Positions 11,506 through 19,846 of a stretch of DNA of 64,000 bases are shown here, piece after piece. This DNA comes from an uncultured Bacillota bacterium (GTDB lineage: Bacteria > Bacillota > Clostridia > Christensenellales > UBA1242), in the NCBI GenBank assembly GCA_949292985.1, contig CASFBF010000010.1, forward strand, positions 164,585-228,584. Direction: 5' to 3'. Position 1 is the stretch's first letter; every line of letters begins with the position of its first letter. Position numbers and translations under genes: made by a program. The notes under the pieces were generated by a model. The model saw only the letters and a list, made by a program, of their open reading frames with translations, had not been told where the DNA came from and searched no databases.

Positions 11506-11883
11506 TTAGGTTAAAAGCCCAAATAAATAATAAAGCGCAACATCTAATCCAAAAAGCACAAGACCAAAAATTACAACAACAGAAAGCACTATGCTGGTTT
11601 TTTTGCAAACTTCACCAAAACTTGGCCAAGTAACTTTTTTAAGTTCGCTTGCTGTTTCCCTAACTTTTTTTCTAAACTTTTTTTCTTTTGGCTTTTTCTC
11701 TTTTTTTACTTTGCCATCTTTTTTATTGTCTTTCGCTTCTTTTTTATTTTCCTTATCTTGCTTCTTTCCTGATTTTGCAGGCAAAACAGAATCGCCCTCG
11801 TCTGTTACGACAACGGCATCTTTTTCTTCTTCGGTTTGAGAAATCAAAACTTCTTCTTGTAAGTTTTTGTTTTTCTTAGACAT
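11506..11883 (-). CDS. secE: Preprotein translocase subunit SecE with charged N-terminal extension
   Basis: ELKKVTWPS motif plus one TM helix; lies between rpmG and nusG. Confidence 0.93.
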   Translation of the reverse strand: MSKKNKNLQEEVLISQTEEEKDAVVVTDEGDSVLPAKSGKKQDKENKKEAKDNKKDGKVKKEKKPKEKKFRKKVRETASELKKVTWPSFGEVCKKTSIVLSVVVIFGLVLFGLDVALYYLFGLLT

Positions 11884-11900
11884 TTCTCCTCCCTGCTAAA

Positions 11901-12062
11901 TTATTTTGTTTCTTTATGAACAGTTCTTTTACCACATCTTGGGCAGAATTTTTTTATTTCAATTCTTTCAGGATTTGCTGTGCTGTTTTTAGATGTAGCA
12001 TAGTTCCTCTCTTGGCATTCTGTGCAAGCAAGAGTTATGTTTTTGCGTTTTGGTGCTGCCAT
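11901..12062 (-). CDS. rpmG: 50S ribosomal protein L33 (Zn-ribbon type), 53 aa
   Basis: Not in the ORF track. Manual translation [53 protein letters not shown]; RBS AGGAG; directly upstream of secE. Confidence 0.96.
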   Translation of the reverse strand: MAAPKRKNITLACTECQERNYATSKNSTANPERIEIKKFCPRCGKRTVHKETK

Positions 12063-12156
12063 AATTATTATCTCCTAACAAAAAACTAACACCCCGATTT
12101 GGAAGTGTTAGTGTATTTTACCAAATATAAACATCTTTGTCAAGAGAAAACCATGC

Positions 12157-12450
12157 CTATTTTGAAGATTTTTTAAAGTTTTTAAGGTCGATTGCTGTAA
12201 CAATTGCGTCAATCAAAACAGGTGTTTGCCCTTCTCCACATTTTTGTTTTACGCTTTCAAAATCAGATGGCAAATTAAAATCTAAATCGTTTGTAACGGC
12301 GTATAAAAAATAAACCCTAAGCAAATCTTTCGCAAACAAAAAAGCGTCTTCAAAATTTTCGCCAGAAGTTGAAATATCTAAATCAGGAAAATATACATTT
12401 GTTTCATTTCCATCAACATAGAAAATGGCTGGATATATAAATTGTTGCAT
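12157..12450 (-). CDS. HicB-like antitoxin-fold protein
   Basis: MQQFIYPAIFY...VYFPDLDISTSGENFEDAFLFAKDLL...LPS pattern; ATG 12450 with GGAG RBS. Confidence 0.75.
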   Translation of the reverse strand: MQQFIYPAIFYVDGNETNVYFPDLDISTSGENFEDAFLFAKDLLRVYFLYAVTNDLDFNLPSDFESVKQKCGEGQTPVLIDAIVTAIDLKNFKKSSK

Positions 12451-12504
12451 GTTAATCTCCATTATCATTTTATCATTATTTTTAACATTTAGCAAACAAA
12501 TTAC

Positions 12505-12530
12505 ATAAAAAAACAGGCATTTGCCTGTTA
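12505..12530 (-). terminator. Intrinsic terminator after the 46-aa ORF
   Basis: Minus strand AACAGGCA-AA-TGCCTGTT followed by a T-run. Confidence 0.7.
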
Positions 12531-12542
12531 TTATTTTTATTT

Positions 12543-12683
12543 TTATAAACTTCTTCCGTCTAATTCTTTAACTTTTTTATTTTCGAAAGGCACTTTTTTA
12601 ATTCTTAATTCTCTTAAATTAGCACACACAACATCACTGCAAACATGTCCATAAACTGTTGTTCTATTTTTAATCTCTGGCAT
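12543..12683 (-). CDS. Small hypothetical protein, 46 aa
   Basis: MPEIKNRTTVYGHVCSDVVCANLRELRIKKVPFENKKVKELDGRSL; strong RBS AAGGAGG, upstream TTTACA-N17-TATATT promoter, downstream terminator. Confidence 0.7.
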   Translation of the reverse strand: MPEIKNRTTVYGHVCSDVVCANLRELRIKKVPFENKKVKELDGRSL

Positions 12684-12790
12684 TTAAACCTCCTTACTGA
12701 TAGCCCTAATATATCACAAAAGTTTTAAAATGTAAATACTTTTTTTAAAAATTTTTTAAGTTATTTTTTTGCCTTTATTTTAAAGGAAAA

Positions 12791-14527
12791 TCACATTTTT
12801 TCTGGGACTTCAATTCCAAGAATAAAACAACCTTCTTCAATAAATTTAAGCACCATTTTAAGCAATGTCAAATGTGCGCTTTGCAATTTTTTATCTTGCT
12901 CTGACAAAATATGACAAGCATTGTAAAGCGACGAAAAAGCGCTGGCCACATCATATAAACTTGCGCATAAATCATTTAAACTTTTTGCCTCAAAACAAAT
13001 TTTGTATGAAGCAGACATTCTATTCAAAGCCAAAAGCACATTTTTGTGATATTCGCTTGTAAAGGAATAATTTTCTTCAAACTTTGGCGCTTTTGAAAGT
13101 ATGGATTTTATTCGGCATGCGGTGTATTGAATGTATGGCCCGGTTTTCCCTTCGAAAGAAAGAACCCTGTCTATATCAAAGTTATAATCTTTTTCAACGC
13201 TGTTAGATAAATCCGCAAACTTTAATGCGGCATTACCAATTTTTCGTTTTAAATCTTCATCATACGCCGTGCCGTTTTCAATCAACTTTTGCTCGGCTTT
13301 TTCGTAAAGCATATTAAGAAGGTCGTTTAATTGCATATTGTTGCCATCACGAGTTTTTAACGCCTTGCCATCTTTTCCGTTAACCGTTCCAAACCCCGTG
13401 TGCCACAATTGTTGATTTACTGGGGAAATTCCCGCTTTCTTGCAAGCCCTAAATATTTGCACAAATCTTTGGTTTTGCCTTACATCTGTAAAATAATGTA
13501 GTATGTCTGGATTATAATCTTTATTTCTATAATAAATTGTGGCTATGTCAGAAGTTGCATACATGTCTCCACCGTTAGATTTTTGCAACATAAGCGGTGG
13601 CATTGGGTTTTCATACCTCTGAACTTCGTCAGGCGATTTTTTTGGAATAGGAATTTGCTCGCCTTCTTCGGCTACATCTACAATAAGTGCACCTTCACTA
13701 ATCCTAGACAACCCCTTGTCTTCAAAAATTTTAAGAACGGTTGGTATATATTCGTTTGCATCACTTTCTCCATTCCACAAATCAAAATCAACATTCAAAA
13801 GTTTGCAAACTTTTTTTATTTCACTTACAGAAACATTTCTTAATTTTTTCCAAAAATCATAATATGGCTGTTGCTTTTTTTGAAAAGCCAGTGTAAGTTC
13901 TTCGGCACGATGTTTAAATTCTTCGTCTTGGCTTTTAAGCAAACTTGCCTTAGGATATGCCACATTCATTACTTCAAGAGTGAGCGGTTTCTTTTCGTTG
14001 ATATAATCATCGAGTGAACCTTCTTTTTCTAGCATAGCCATGATTAAGCCCATTGGCATTCCCCAATCGCCTAAAAATATATCACACACAACATTAAAAC
14101 CAAGTTTTTTATAAAGTCTTTTAAAAGCCTCGCCTATATTAAAAGAACGCATATGCCCAATATGCATCGCCTTGCCTATGTTTGGCCCGCCATAATCCAA
14201 AAATATTTTTTTACCATCTGCTATGTCATAAGAAATTTTACTTAAATTTTTAGCCAAATGCTCCAAACCTTGCAAAGTTAAAGAAACATTTATAAAGGCA
14301 GGTCTTGCAACAGAAAAATTAAAATATTCATTGTTTGGAATATGATTAACAATATTGTTTGCTAAATCAAAAGGATTTAGCCCCATTTTTTTAGCGATTG
14401 CAAAACATGAGTTGCATTGAAAATCGCAAAGATTAGGTAATGATGAAAAAGAAACGCAAAACTCACCTTCGATGTTTTGCTTTTGTGCTGATTTATATAA
14501 AAGTTTTTCGATTTCTTTTCTAATCAA
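12791..14527 (-). CDS. argS: Arginine--tRNA ligase
   Basis: DYGGPNIGKAMHIGHMR, LKTRDG, FEGKTGPYIQY, LGIEVPEKM C-terminus. Confidence 0.96.
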   Translation of the reverse strand: MIRKEIEKLLYKSAQKQNIEGEFCVSFSSLPNLCDFQCNSCFAIAKKMGLNPFDLANNIVNHIPNNEYFNFSVARPAFINVSLTLQGLEHLAKNLSKISYDIADGKKIFLDYGGPNIGKAMHIGHMRSFNIGEAFKRLYKKLGFNVVCDIFLGDWGMPMGLIMAMLEKEGSLDDYINEKKPLTLEVMNVAYPKASLLKSQDEEFKHRAEELTLAFQKKQQPYYDFWKKLRNVSVSEIKKVCKLLNVDFDLWNGESDANEYIPTVLKIFEDKGLSRISEGALIVDVAEEGEQIPIPKKSPDEVQRYENPMPPLMLQKSNGGDMYATSDIATIYYRNKDYNPDILHYFTDVRQNQRFVQIFRACKKAGISPVNQQLWHTGFGTVNGKDGKALKTRDGNNMQLNDLLNMLYEKAEQKLIENGTAYDEDLKRKIGNAALKFADLSNSVEKDYNFDIDRVLSFEGKTGPYIQYTACRIKSILSKAPKFEENYSFTSEYHKNVLLALNRMSASYKICFEAKSLNDLCASLYDVASAFSSLYNACHILSEQDKKLQSAHLTLLKMVLKFIEEGCFILGIEVPEKM

Positions 14528-15117
14528 ATTTCAACCCTTCCTTCCATTGCTTTTGAAAGCGTTATCTCATCGGCATATTCAAGGTCGCTACCCATAGAAA
14601 TGCCCTGCGCCAATCTGGTAACCTTTATTCCCATAGGTTTTAAAAGTTTGGCTATATACATGGCAGTCGCATCGCCCTCAACATCGGGGTCGGTTGCCAT
14701 AATAACTTCTTGCGTGCCAAGTTCGTTAATGCGCTTTAAAAGTTCTTTAATGTGAATATCATTTGGCCCTTTGTTTTCAAGCGGACTTAACAACCCGAAA
14801 AGCACATGATAAACGCCATCAAAATTCTTAACCTTTTCCATAGATAAAATATCTTTTGGCTCTTTAACCACGCAAATAGTTTTTCCACTTCTGCTTTCGC
14901 ATATATCACAAACAGGCTTGTCCGTATAATTTCCGCATTTAGAACATAGCCCTATTTTTTGCTTAACCTGAATTATAGCGTCTGCAAAATTGTTTGCTCT
15001 TTCACTGCTTCCTTCAATAATTGAATAAGCATAGCGCTGGGCAGTTTTATATCCCACGCCAGGCAAACTTCTAAAATATTCAATAAGCCTTTCAATTGGT
15101 TCGTCAAACTTAGCCAT
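14524..15117 (-). CDS. recR: Recombination mediator RecR
   Basis: LPGVGYKTAQR HhH, C4 Zn finger, YHVLFGLLSP, TOPRIM EVIMATDPDVEGDATA. Confidence 0.97.
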   Translation of the reverse strand: MAKFDEPIERLIEYFRSLPGVGYKTAQRYAYSIIEGSSERANNFADAIIQVKQKIGLCSKCGNYTDKPVCDICESRSGKTICVVKEPKDILSMEKVKNFDGVYHVLFGLLSPLENKGPNDIHIKELLKRINELGTQEVIMATDPDVEGDATAMYIAKLLKPMGIKVTRLAQGISMGSDLEYADEITLSKAMEGRVEI

Positions 15118-15119
15118 TT

Positions 15120-15437
15120 TTACATTCCTGGAATTTGAGGAATAGATTGTTTTTCCTCGATATCAATCTTAGCCATAACATCGTTGAAAGCAGAAACAAT
15201 TAAGTCTTCCAACATTTCAATATCGTCTGGGTCAACAACTTCTGGTTTGATTTTGATTTCTTTAAGTGTTTTGTTTCCAAACATGGTTATTTCAACCATT
15301 CCACCACCAACAACACTTGTAAATTCTTTGGCATCAAGTTCTGCCCTTGCCCTCTGCATATCCTGTTGCATTTTTTGTGCTTGACGCATGAGTTGTTGCA
15401 TATTTCCTCCGCCAAAGCCACCAAATCCGTATCCCAT
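15120..15437 (-). CDS. ybaB: YbaB/EbfC nucleoid-associated protein
   Basis: MQQLMRQAQKMQ, VDPDDIEMLEDLIVSAFN; dnaX-ybaB-recR synteny. Confidence 0.93.
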   Translation of the reverse strand: MGYGFGGFGGGNMQQLMRQAQKMQQDMQRARAELDAKEFTSVVGGGMVEITMFGNKTLKEIKIKPEVVDPDDIEMLEDLIVSAFNDVMAKIDIEEKQSIPQIPGM

Positions 15438-15449
15438 AAATAACCTCCG

Positions 15450-15794
15450 TTAATCTATAATTTTAAATTTTTTTCCAAACATTTTTTGTAATGCTATTTT
15501 ATCTTCATCTGCCTGAGTTGGTTTAAAAACTTTCTCTGCAATTGTTACACAAAGCTCCACGCCTTGCCAACTTAATGCCCTTTCTATTTCCCTCTTGCCG
15601 TCATCAAGCAATGAAAACACGGTTTTATCAGGAGTTGTGATAATCAAATTGCCGTCAACTATCTCAACATCAGTTATATCACCGCAAGCCACATGCAACG
15701 CTACATGGTGGTGTTCTTTTAAAAACAAAACAACTTTACCCCAAATATCTTTTGCACTGCCAACTTTGGCTTGCCTATTTATCAGTTTTTTTTT
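15450..15794 (-). CDS. dnaX: C-terminal part of DNA polymerase III tau, in the -1 frame relative to dnaX
   Basis: The frame of ORF 15450..15728 stays open upstream to TGA 15801-15803 and crosses the A9 run: KKKLINRQAKVGSAKDIWGKVVLFLKEHHH... No RBS of its own; sits between dnaX and ybaB. Confidence 0.7.
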   Translation of the reverse strand, partial: KKKLINRQAKVGSAKDIWGKVVLFLKEHHHVALHVACGDITDVEIVDGNLIITTPDKTVFSLLDDGKREIERALSWQGVELCVTIAEKVFKPTQADEDKIALQKMFGKKFKIID

Positions 15795-16891
15795 GCGTCC
15801 TCACCATTTATACACGATATTGCAATGCTTTCAATAAGTAACCTTGTTGACAAGGTGTAGCGAAGTTCATTTTCGCAAGACGCAAAGTTTTGCATGTATA
15901 ATATCAGTTGTTTATCCGTTGCCTTATCTGCCTGCGCCATATATTTTTCAAGCACTTCACCAGAAAAATTTAATATTTCTTCTGGATTAGCGCAAGTTTT
16001 GCAAACGAGTAAATCTCTGGCATGCTTTGCCAAATCTTTCGCAAAAACCGCCAAATTTTTGCCAGAACGATCGATTTCATTTACAAGCGTAAGAACTCCG
16101 CCAATATCTCTATCAATTATTTTGTCAAAGAAATTTATAAGCAAATCGTGGTCGGTTGTTCCCAAAACTTTAAGAACATCTTGCTTTGTTATATGACCAT
16201 TGGCATAAGCATTGATACTATCTGCGATTGAAAGAGTGTCTCTCACACTACCTTCGCCACTAGATGCAATAAGTTTTACAGCCTCTGGCTCGGCTTCTAT
16301 CCCTTCACTTTTGAAAACATTGTTTAAAACTTTGCATAAGTCTTCTATTGAAAGCAATCTAAAATCAAACCTGGAACATCTTGAAAGAATTGTGGCAGGA
16401 AGTTTTTGAACTTCTGTGGTTGCCAATATGAAAATAACATATTTAGGTGGCTCTTCCAAAGTTTTAAGAAGTGCGTTAAATGCACTGTCTGAAAGCATGT
16501 GCACTTCGTCTATAATGTAAACTTTATATTTCGCACCAATCGGCGCAAATTTAACTTTTTCTCTAAGTTCTCTAATATCATCTACTCTGTTGTTTGAAGC
16601 AGCGTCGATTTCAATGATGTTTATGTCATTTTCTGCGCTAAGCCTTTTGCAAACTTCACACTCCCCACATGGCGAACCCGTTGTGTTATTTTGACAATTA
16701 ACTGCTTTTGCAAAAATTTTTGCCACGCTTGTTTTACCAGTTCCCCTTGAACCTGTAAAAAGGTAGGCATGAGAAATTTTATCAGCCAAAATCTGATTTG
16801 CAAGTGTTTTAGTTATATGCTCTTGCCCCACAACTTCTTCAAAAGTTCTGGGTCTATATTTTCTATAAAGAGCGAGATGTGTGTTTTCCAT
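15782..16891 (-). CDS. dnaX: DNA polymerase III gamma/tau, zero-frame product of about 369 aa
   Basis: ALYRKYRP, GSRGTGKTS, EIDAASN, IIDEVHML, TILSRC; ends GCA AAA AAA AAC TGA. Confidence 0.97.
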   Translation of the reverse strand: MENTHLALYRKYRPRTFEEVVGQEHITKTLANQILADKISHAYLFTGSRGTGKTSVAKIFAKAVNCQNNTTGSPCGECEVCKRLSAENDINIIEIDAASNNRVDDIRELREKVKFAPIGAKYKVYIIDEVHMLSDSAFNALLKTLEEPPKYVIFILATTEVQKLPATILSRCSRFDFRLLSIEDLCKVLNNVFKSEGIEAEPEAVKLIASSGEGSVRDTLSIADSINAYANGHITKQDVLKVLGTTDHDLLINFFDKIIDRDIGGVLTLVNEIDRSGKNLAVFAKDLAKHARDLLVCKTCANPEEILNFSGEVLEKYMAQADKATDKQLILYMQNFASCENELRYTLSTRLLIESIAISCINGEDAKKN

Positions 16892-16897
16892 AGCCAT

Positions 16898-16926
16898 ATT
16901 ATACAATTTTTCCTTTTGTTTGTCTA
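16898..16926 (-). promoter_or_regulatory. SigA-type promoter of dnaX (probably leaderless transcript)
   Basis: TAGACA-N17-TATAAT ending 6 nt before ATG 16891. Confidence 0.65.
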
Positions 16927-16929
16927 CAA

Positions 16930-17679
16930 TCACTTAACAGAATTTACAATATTTAAAAATGCATTTACATTAAGTGACAACCCGCCAATAAGCCCTCCGT
17001 CAATTCCAGCACTATTTAAAAGCGGGGAATAATTTTTTTCGTTAATACTTCCACCATAAAGCACTTGAATGTCACGGCTGGCTTTTTCTGAAAAGTTTTC
17101 TAAAATCACTTTTCTGATTACTTTTGCTGCATTTTCCACATCTTTAACAGAAGCATTATTTCCTGTTCCTATTGCCCAAATTGGCTCATAGGCAATTATA
17201 ACACTTTCAAGTTCGTTTTCATAAAGCCCTCGCAAATCTTCTTCAAGTTGTTTACGAATTACTTCATATGTTTGCTCGGTGTTTCTATCTGCCAAACTTT
17301 CACCAACGCAAACAATGCATTTTAAACCGTTTTTAAGAGCGGTTTTAATTTTTTTGTTGATGAGTTTATCACTTTCCTTAAATTTTATTCTTCTATCACT
17401 ATGCCCTATCAAAACATATTCCACTCCATACGCTTTGAGCATTTTTGCACTAACCTCGCCTGTAAAAGCGCCTTGCTCTTCATCGCTTACATTTTGAGCG
17501 CCTATTTTAACAACGCTTCCATCTGTTAAAAAACGAGCAAATGGAATATTCACAAATGTTGGGCAAATTACAACATCTGCCCTAACTCCTGTAAATTGCG
17601 AAACAAACTTAATAAAATATTGTTTAACTTCATTTGGTTGCTCATTCATTTTAAAATTTGCAACAATCAATTTTTTCAT
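16930..17679 (-). CDS. tpiA: Triosephosphate isomerase
   Basis: ANFKMN, GAFTGEVS, GHSDRR, AYEPIWAIGTG, LYGGS. Confidence 0.95.
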   Translation of the reverse strand: MKKLIVANFKMNEQPNEVKQYFIKFVSQFTGVRADVVICPTFVNIPFARFLTDGSVVKIGAQNVSDEEQGAFTGEVSAKMLKAYGVEYVLIGHSDRRIKFKESDKLINKKIKTALKNGLKCIVCVGESLADRNTEQTYEVIRKQLEEDLRGLYENELESVIIAYEPIWAIGTGNNASVKDVENAAKVIRKVILENFSEKASRDIQVLYGGSINEKNYSPLLNSAGIDGGLIGGLSLNVNAFLNIVNSVK

Positions 17680-18857
17680 ATATATTTCTCCTGAATAACT
17701 TCAACCCCTGGCAATTCGCCACCTTCAAGCAATTTTAAAGTTGCTCCACCGCCAGTTGAAACATGATTGATTAAACTTAAACAATGCGCCTGCTTTACTG
17801 CGCTTACGCTGTCTCCGCCACCCACGATTGAGTATGCATTACTGTGTCCAATTGCTTTTGCGATTTCAAATGTCCCTTTTTGGAATTTTTCATCTTCGTA
17901 TTTACCAAGCGGACCATTCCAAATAACTTGTTTTGCCGAGTCAATCTCTTTTTCAAACATTTTAATTGTTTGAGGACCTATATCACTTCCCACCATTTCA
18001 CCAGACAATGTTTCAGTAACAAATGCTCTCTGTCTTTTGTCGCCATAATTATAAGCAACATGGTCAACAGGCAGCAACACTTTTTTGCCAAGCCTATCTG
18101 CTTCTCCCAGTATTTCGTCTGCAACCCGCACACTTTCCATGCTGGAAAAACTTCTGCCGATGGTTTGTCCTTTTGCCATCATAAACGAATAAGCCATTGC
18201 CCCGCCAATTAAAACGCTATCTGCCGTTTTGAGAATGTTAAGTATTGCCTTTATTTTATCTTCAACCTTCGCTCCGCCAAATATTGCAATAAACGGACTT
18301 TTTGGGCTTTCTAGTGCGTTTGTTATAAGGTTGATTTCATTTTCCACCAAAAATCCAATGGCGTTTGGAAGAAGTCTTGCAACTCCATAAGTTGAAGCAT
18401 GCTTTCTATGTGCCACACCAAAAGCATCATTAACATATATGTCCGCCAAAGATGCAAGTTGCTTTGCAAAAGCAGGGTCGTTCTCGGTCTCTTCTTTATA
18501 AAACCTTACATTTTCAAGAAGTAAAATGGAGCCATTTGATAAACTGTTTACCTGCTCTTTAACTTCATCACCAAGAACCTTATGAGCAAACTGCACTTTC
18601 CCCGGAAAATATTTCATAAGCATAAGTGAAATTGGCCAAAGTGAAAGCCTAAAATCGAACCCATTTGGTCTGCCAAGATGTGAACATATTATAACTTTCG
18701 CTCCCCTGTCCACCAAAAATCTGATTGTTGGCAGTTCATTTATAAGTCTGGTCGTATCGGTAAAACGCCCAACTTTATCCATAGGCAGGTTAAAATCTGC
18801 CCTAAGTAAAATTCTTTTCCCTTCAATATTAACTAAATCTCTGATGCTTCTTTTCAC
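17676..18857 (-). CDS. pgk: Phosphoglycerate kinase
   Basis: RADFNLP, SHLGRP, LLENVRF, GGAKVEDK, GGGDS, STGGGA; GTG start with AGGAGG. Confidence 0.96.
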   Translation of the reverse strand: MKRSIRDLVNIEGKRILLRADFNLPMDKVGRFTDTTRLINELPTIRFLVDRGAKVIICSHLGRPNGFDFRLSLWPISLMLMKYFPGKVQFAHKVLGDEVKEQVNSLSNGSILLLENVRFYKEETENDPAFAKQLASLADIYVNDAFGVAHRKHASTYGVARLLPNAIGFLVENEINLITNALESPKSPFIAIFGGAKVEDKIKAILNILKTADSVLIGGAMAYSFMMAKGQTIGRSFSSMESVRVADEILGEADRLGKKVLLPVDHVAYNYGDKRQRAFVTETLSGEMVGSDIGPQTIKMFEKEIDSAKQVIWNGPLGKYEDEKFQKGTFEIAKAIGHSNAYSIVGGGDSVSAVKQAHCLSLINHVSTGGGATLKLLEGGELPGVEVIQEKYI

Positions 18858-18892
18858 TTAAAGCCTCCTTTTAATAATATACACTTTTTTGC

Positions 18893-19807
18893 TTAGTTTT
18901 CAAAATGATTATTTAGGCTTTGGAACAATTTCAAACTTTCGTCAATATTCGATTGCAGTGCCAATTTTTGTTTAATTTGAGATGAAGCGTGCATTTTAGA
19001 CGCATACGCTAAAAAATGTTTTCTCAAATATAAATTTAAAAATTTTTCGGGATATATTTCTCTAAGCAACTGCACATGTTTTTTTATTGATTCAAAGGCA
19101 TCAATTTTATCTCCATTGTGATTTAAAATACTAAAAATCCACGGACTTCCAACCGCTCCTCTACCAATCATTACACCGTCAACACCCGTTAATAACATTT
19201 TTTGATAAGACTTTTCGTCAACTATATCTCCGTTGCCATACACCGGAATTTGAACACTATTTTTTGCGGTAGCAATAGCATCGTAATCCACACTCCCAGA
19301 ATACATCTGTTTTGCAGTTCTGCCATGCACTGTAATAAAGTCTGCGCCACTTTCTTCGCACATTTTTGCTATTTGTGAGATATTATTAAAATCAAAACCT
19401 ATTCTGACTTTAACTGATAAAGTTTTATCGCCCACAACTTTTTTACATTCGCTGATTATCTTACTTGCCAAAGGCAAATTTTTAAGTAATGCCGACCCCT
19501 CACCATTTTTAATAATTTTGGGAGCGGGACAGCCCATGTTTATATCTATCCCTTCAAAATTTTGCAAAATAGGATTTTGAACAGCCTCCGCCATAACAGA
19601 TGCATCTTTACCAAAAATTTGTGCTATAACTGCCTTTTCGTTGTTGCCTCTAAACGCAAGAGATTTTGTTTTTTCGCTTTCATATTTCATAGCCTGAGCC
19701 GAAAGCATTTCAGTAAAAGTTAAGTCTGCGCCATAATCTGCGCAAACTTGTCTAAATCCCACATCACTATAACCTGCCATAGGCGCAAGAACAAACTTAG
19801 CATTCAT
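18893..19807 (-). CDS. dusB: tRNA-dihydrouridine synthase (DusB-like)
   Basis: LAPMAG, IDINMGCP, TVHGRT, GNGDI, VMIGRG. Confidence 0.92.
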   Translation of the reverse strand: MNAKFVLAPMAGYSDVGFRQVCADYGADLTFTEMLSAQAMKYESEKTKSLAFRGNNEKAVIAQIFGKDASVMAEAVQNPILQNFEGIDINMGCPAPKIIKNGEGSALLKNLPLASKIISECKKVVGDKTLSVKVRIGFDFNNISQIAKMCEESGADFITVHGRTAKQMYSGSVDYDAIATAKNSVQIPVYGNGDIVDEKSYQKMLLTGVDGVMIGRGAVGSPWIFSILNHNGDKIDAFESIKKHVQLLREIYPEKFLNLYLRKHFLAYASKMHASSQIKQKLALQSNIDESLKLFQSLNNHFEN

Positions 19808-19846
19808 GGCTATATTTTATCAAAAAAATAACCGAAAAACAAACAA

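Noticed and set aside
12543-12683. 46-aa ORF as the HicA toxin partner of the HicB-like gene
   Set aside because: No HicA G-S-H motif, and a terminator plus a separate promoter lie between the two genes.
15450-15728. Independent 92-aa gene
   Set aside because: TTG start without an RBS; the frame extends up to the dnaX A9 run and reads as the tau C-terminus.
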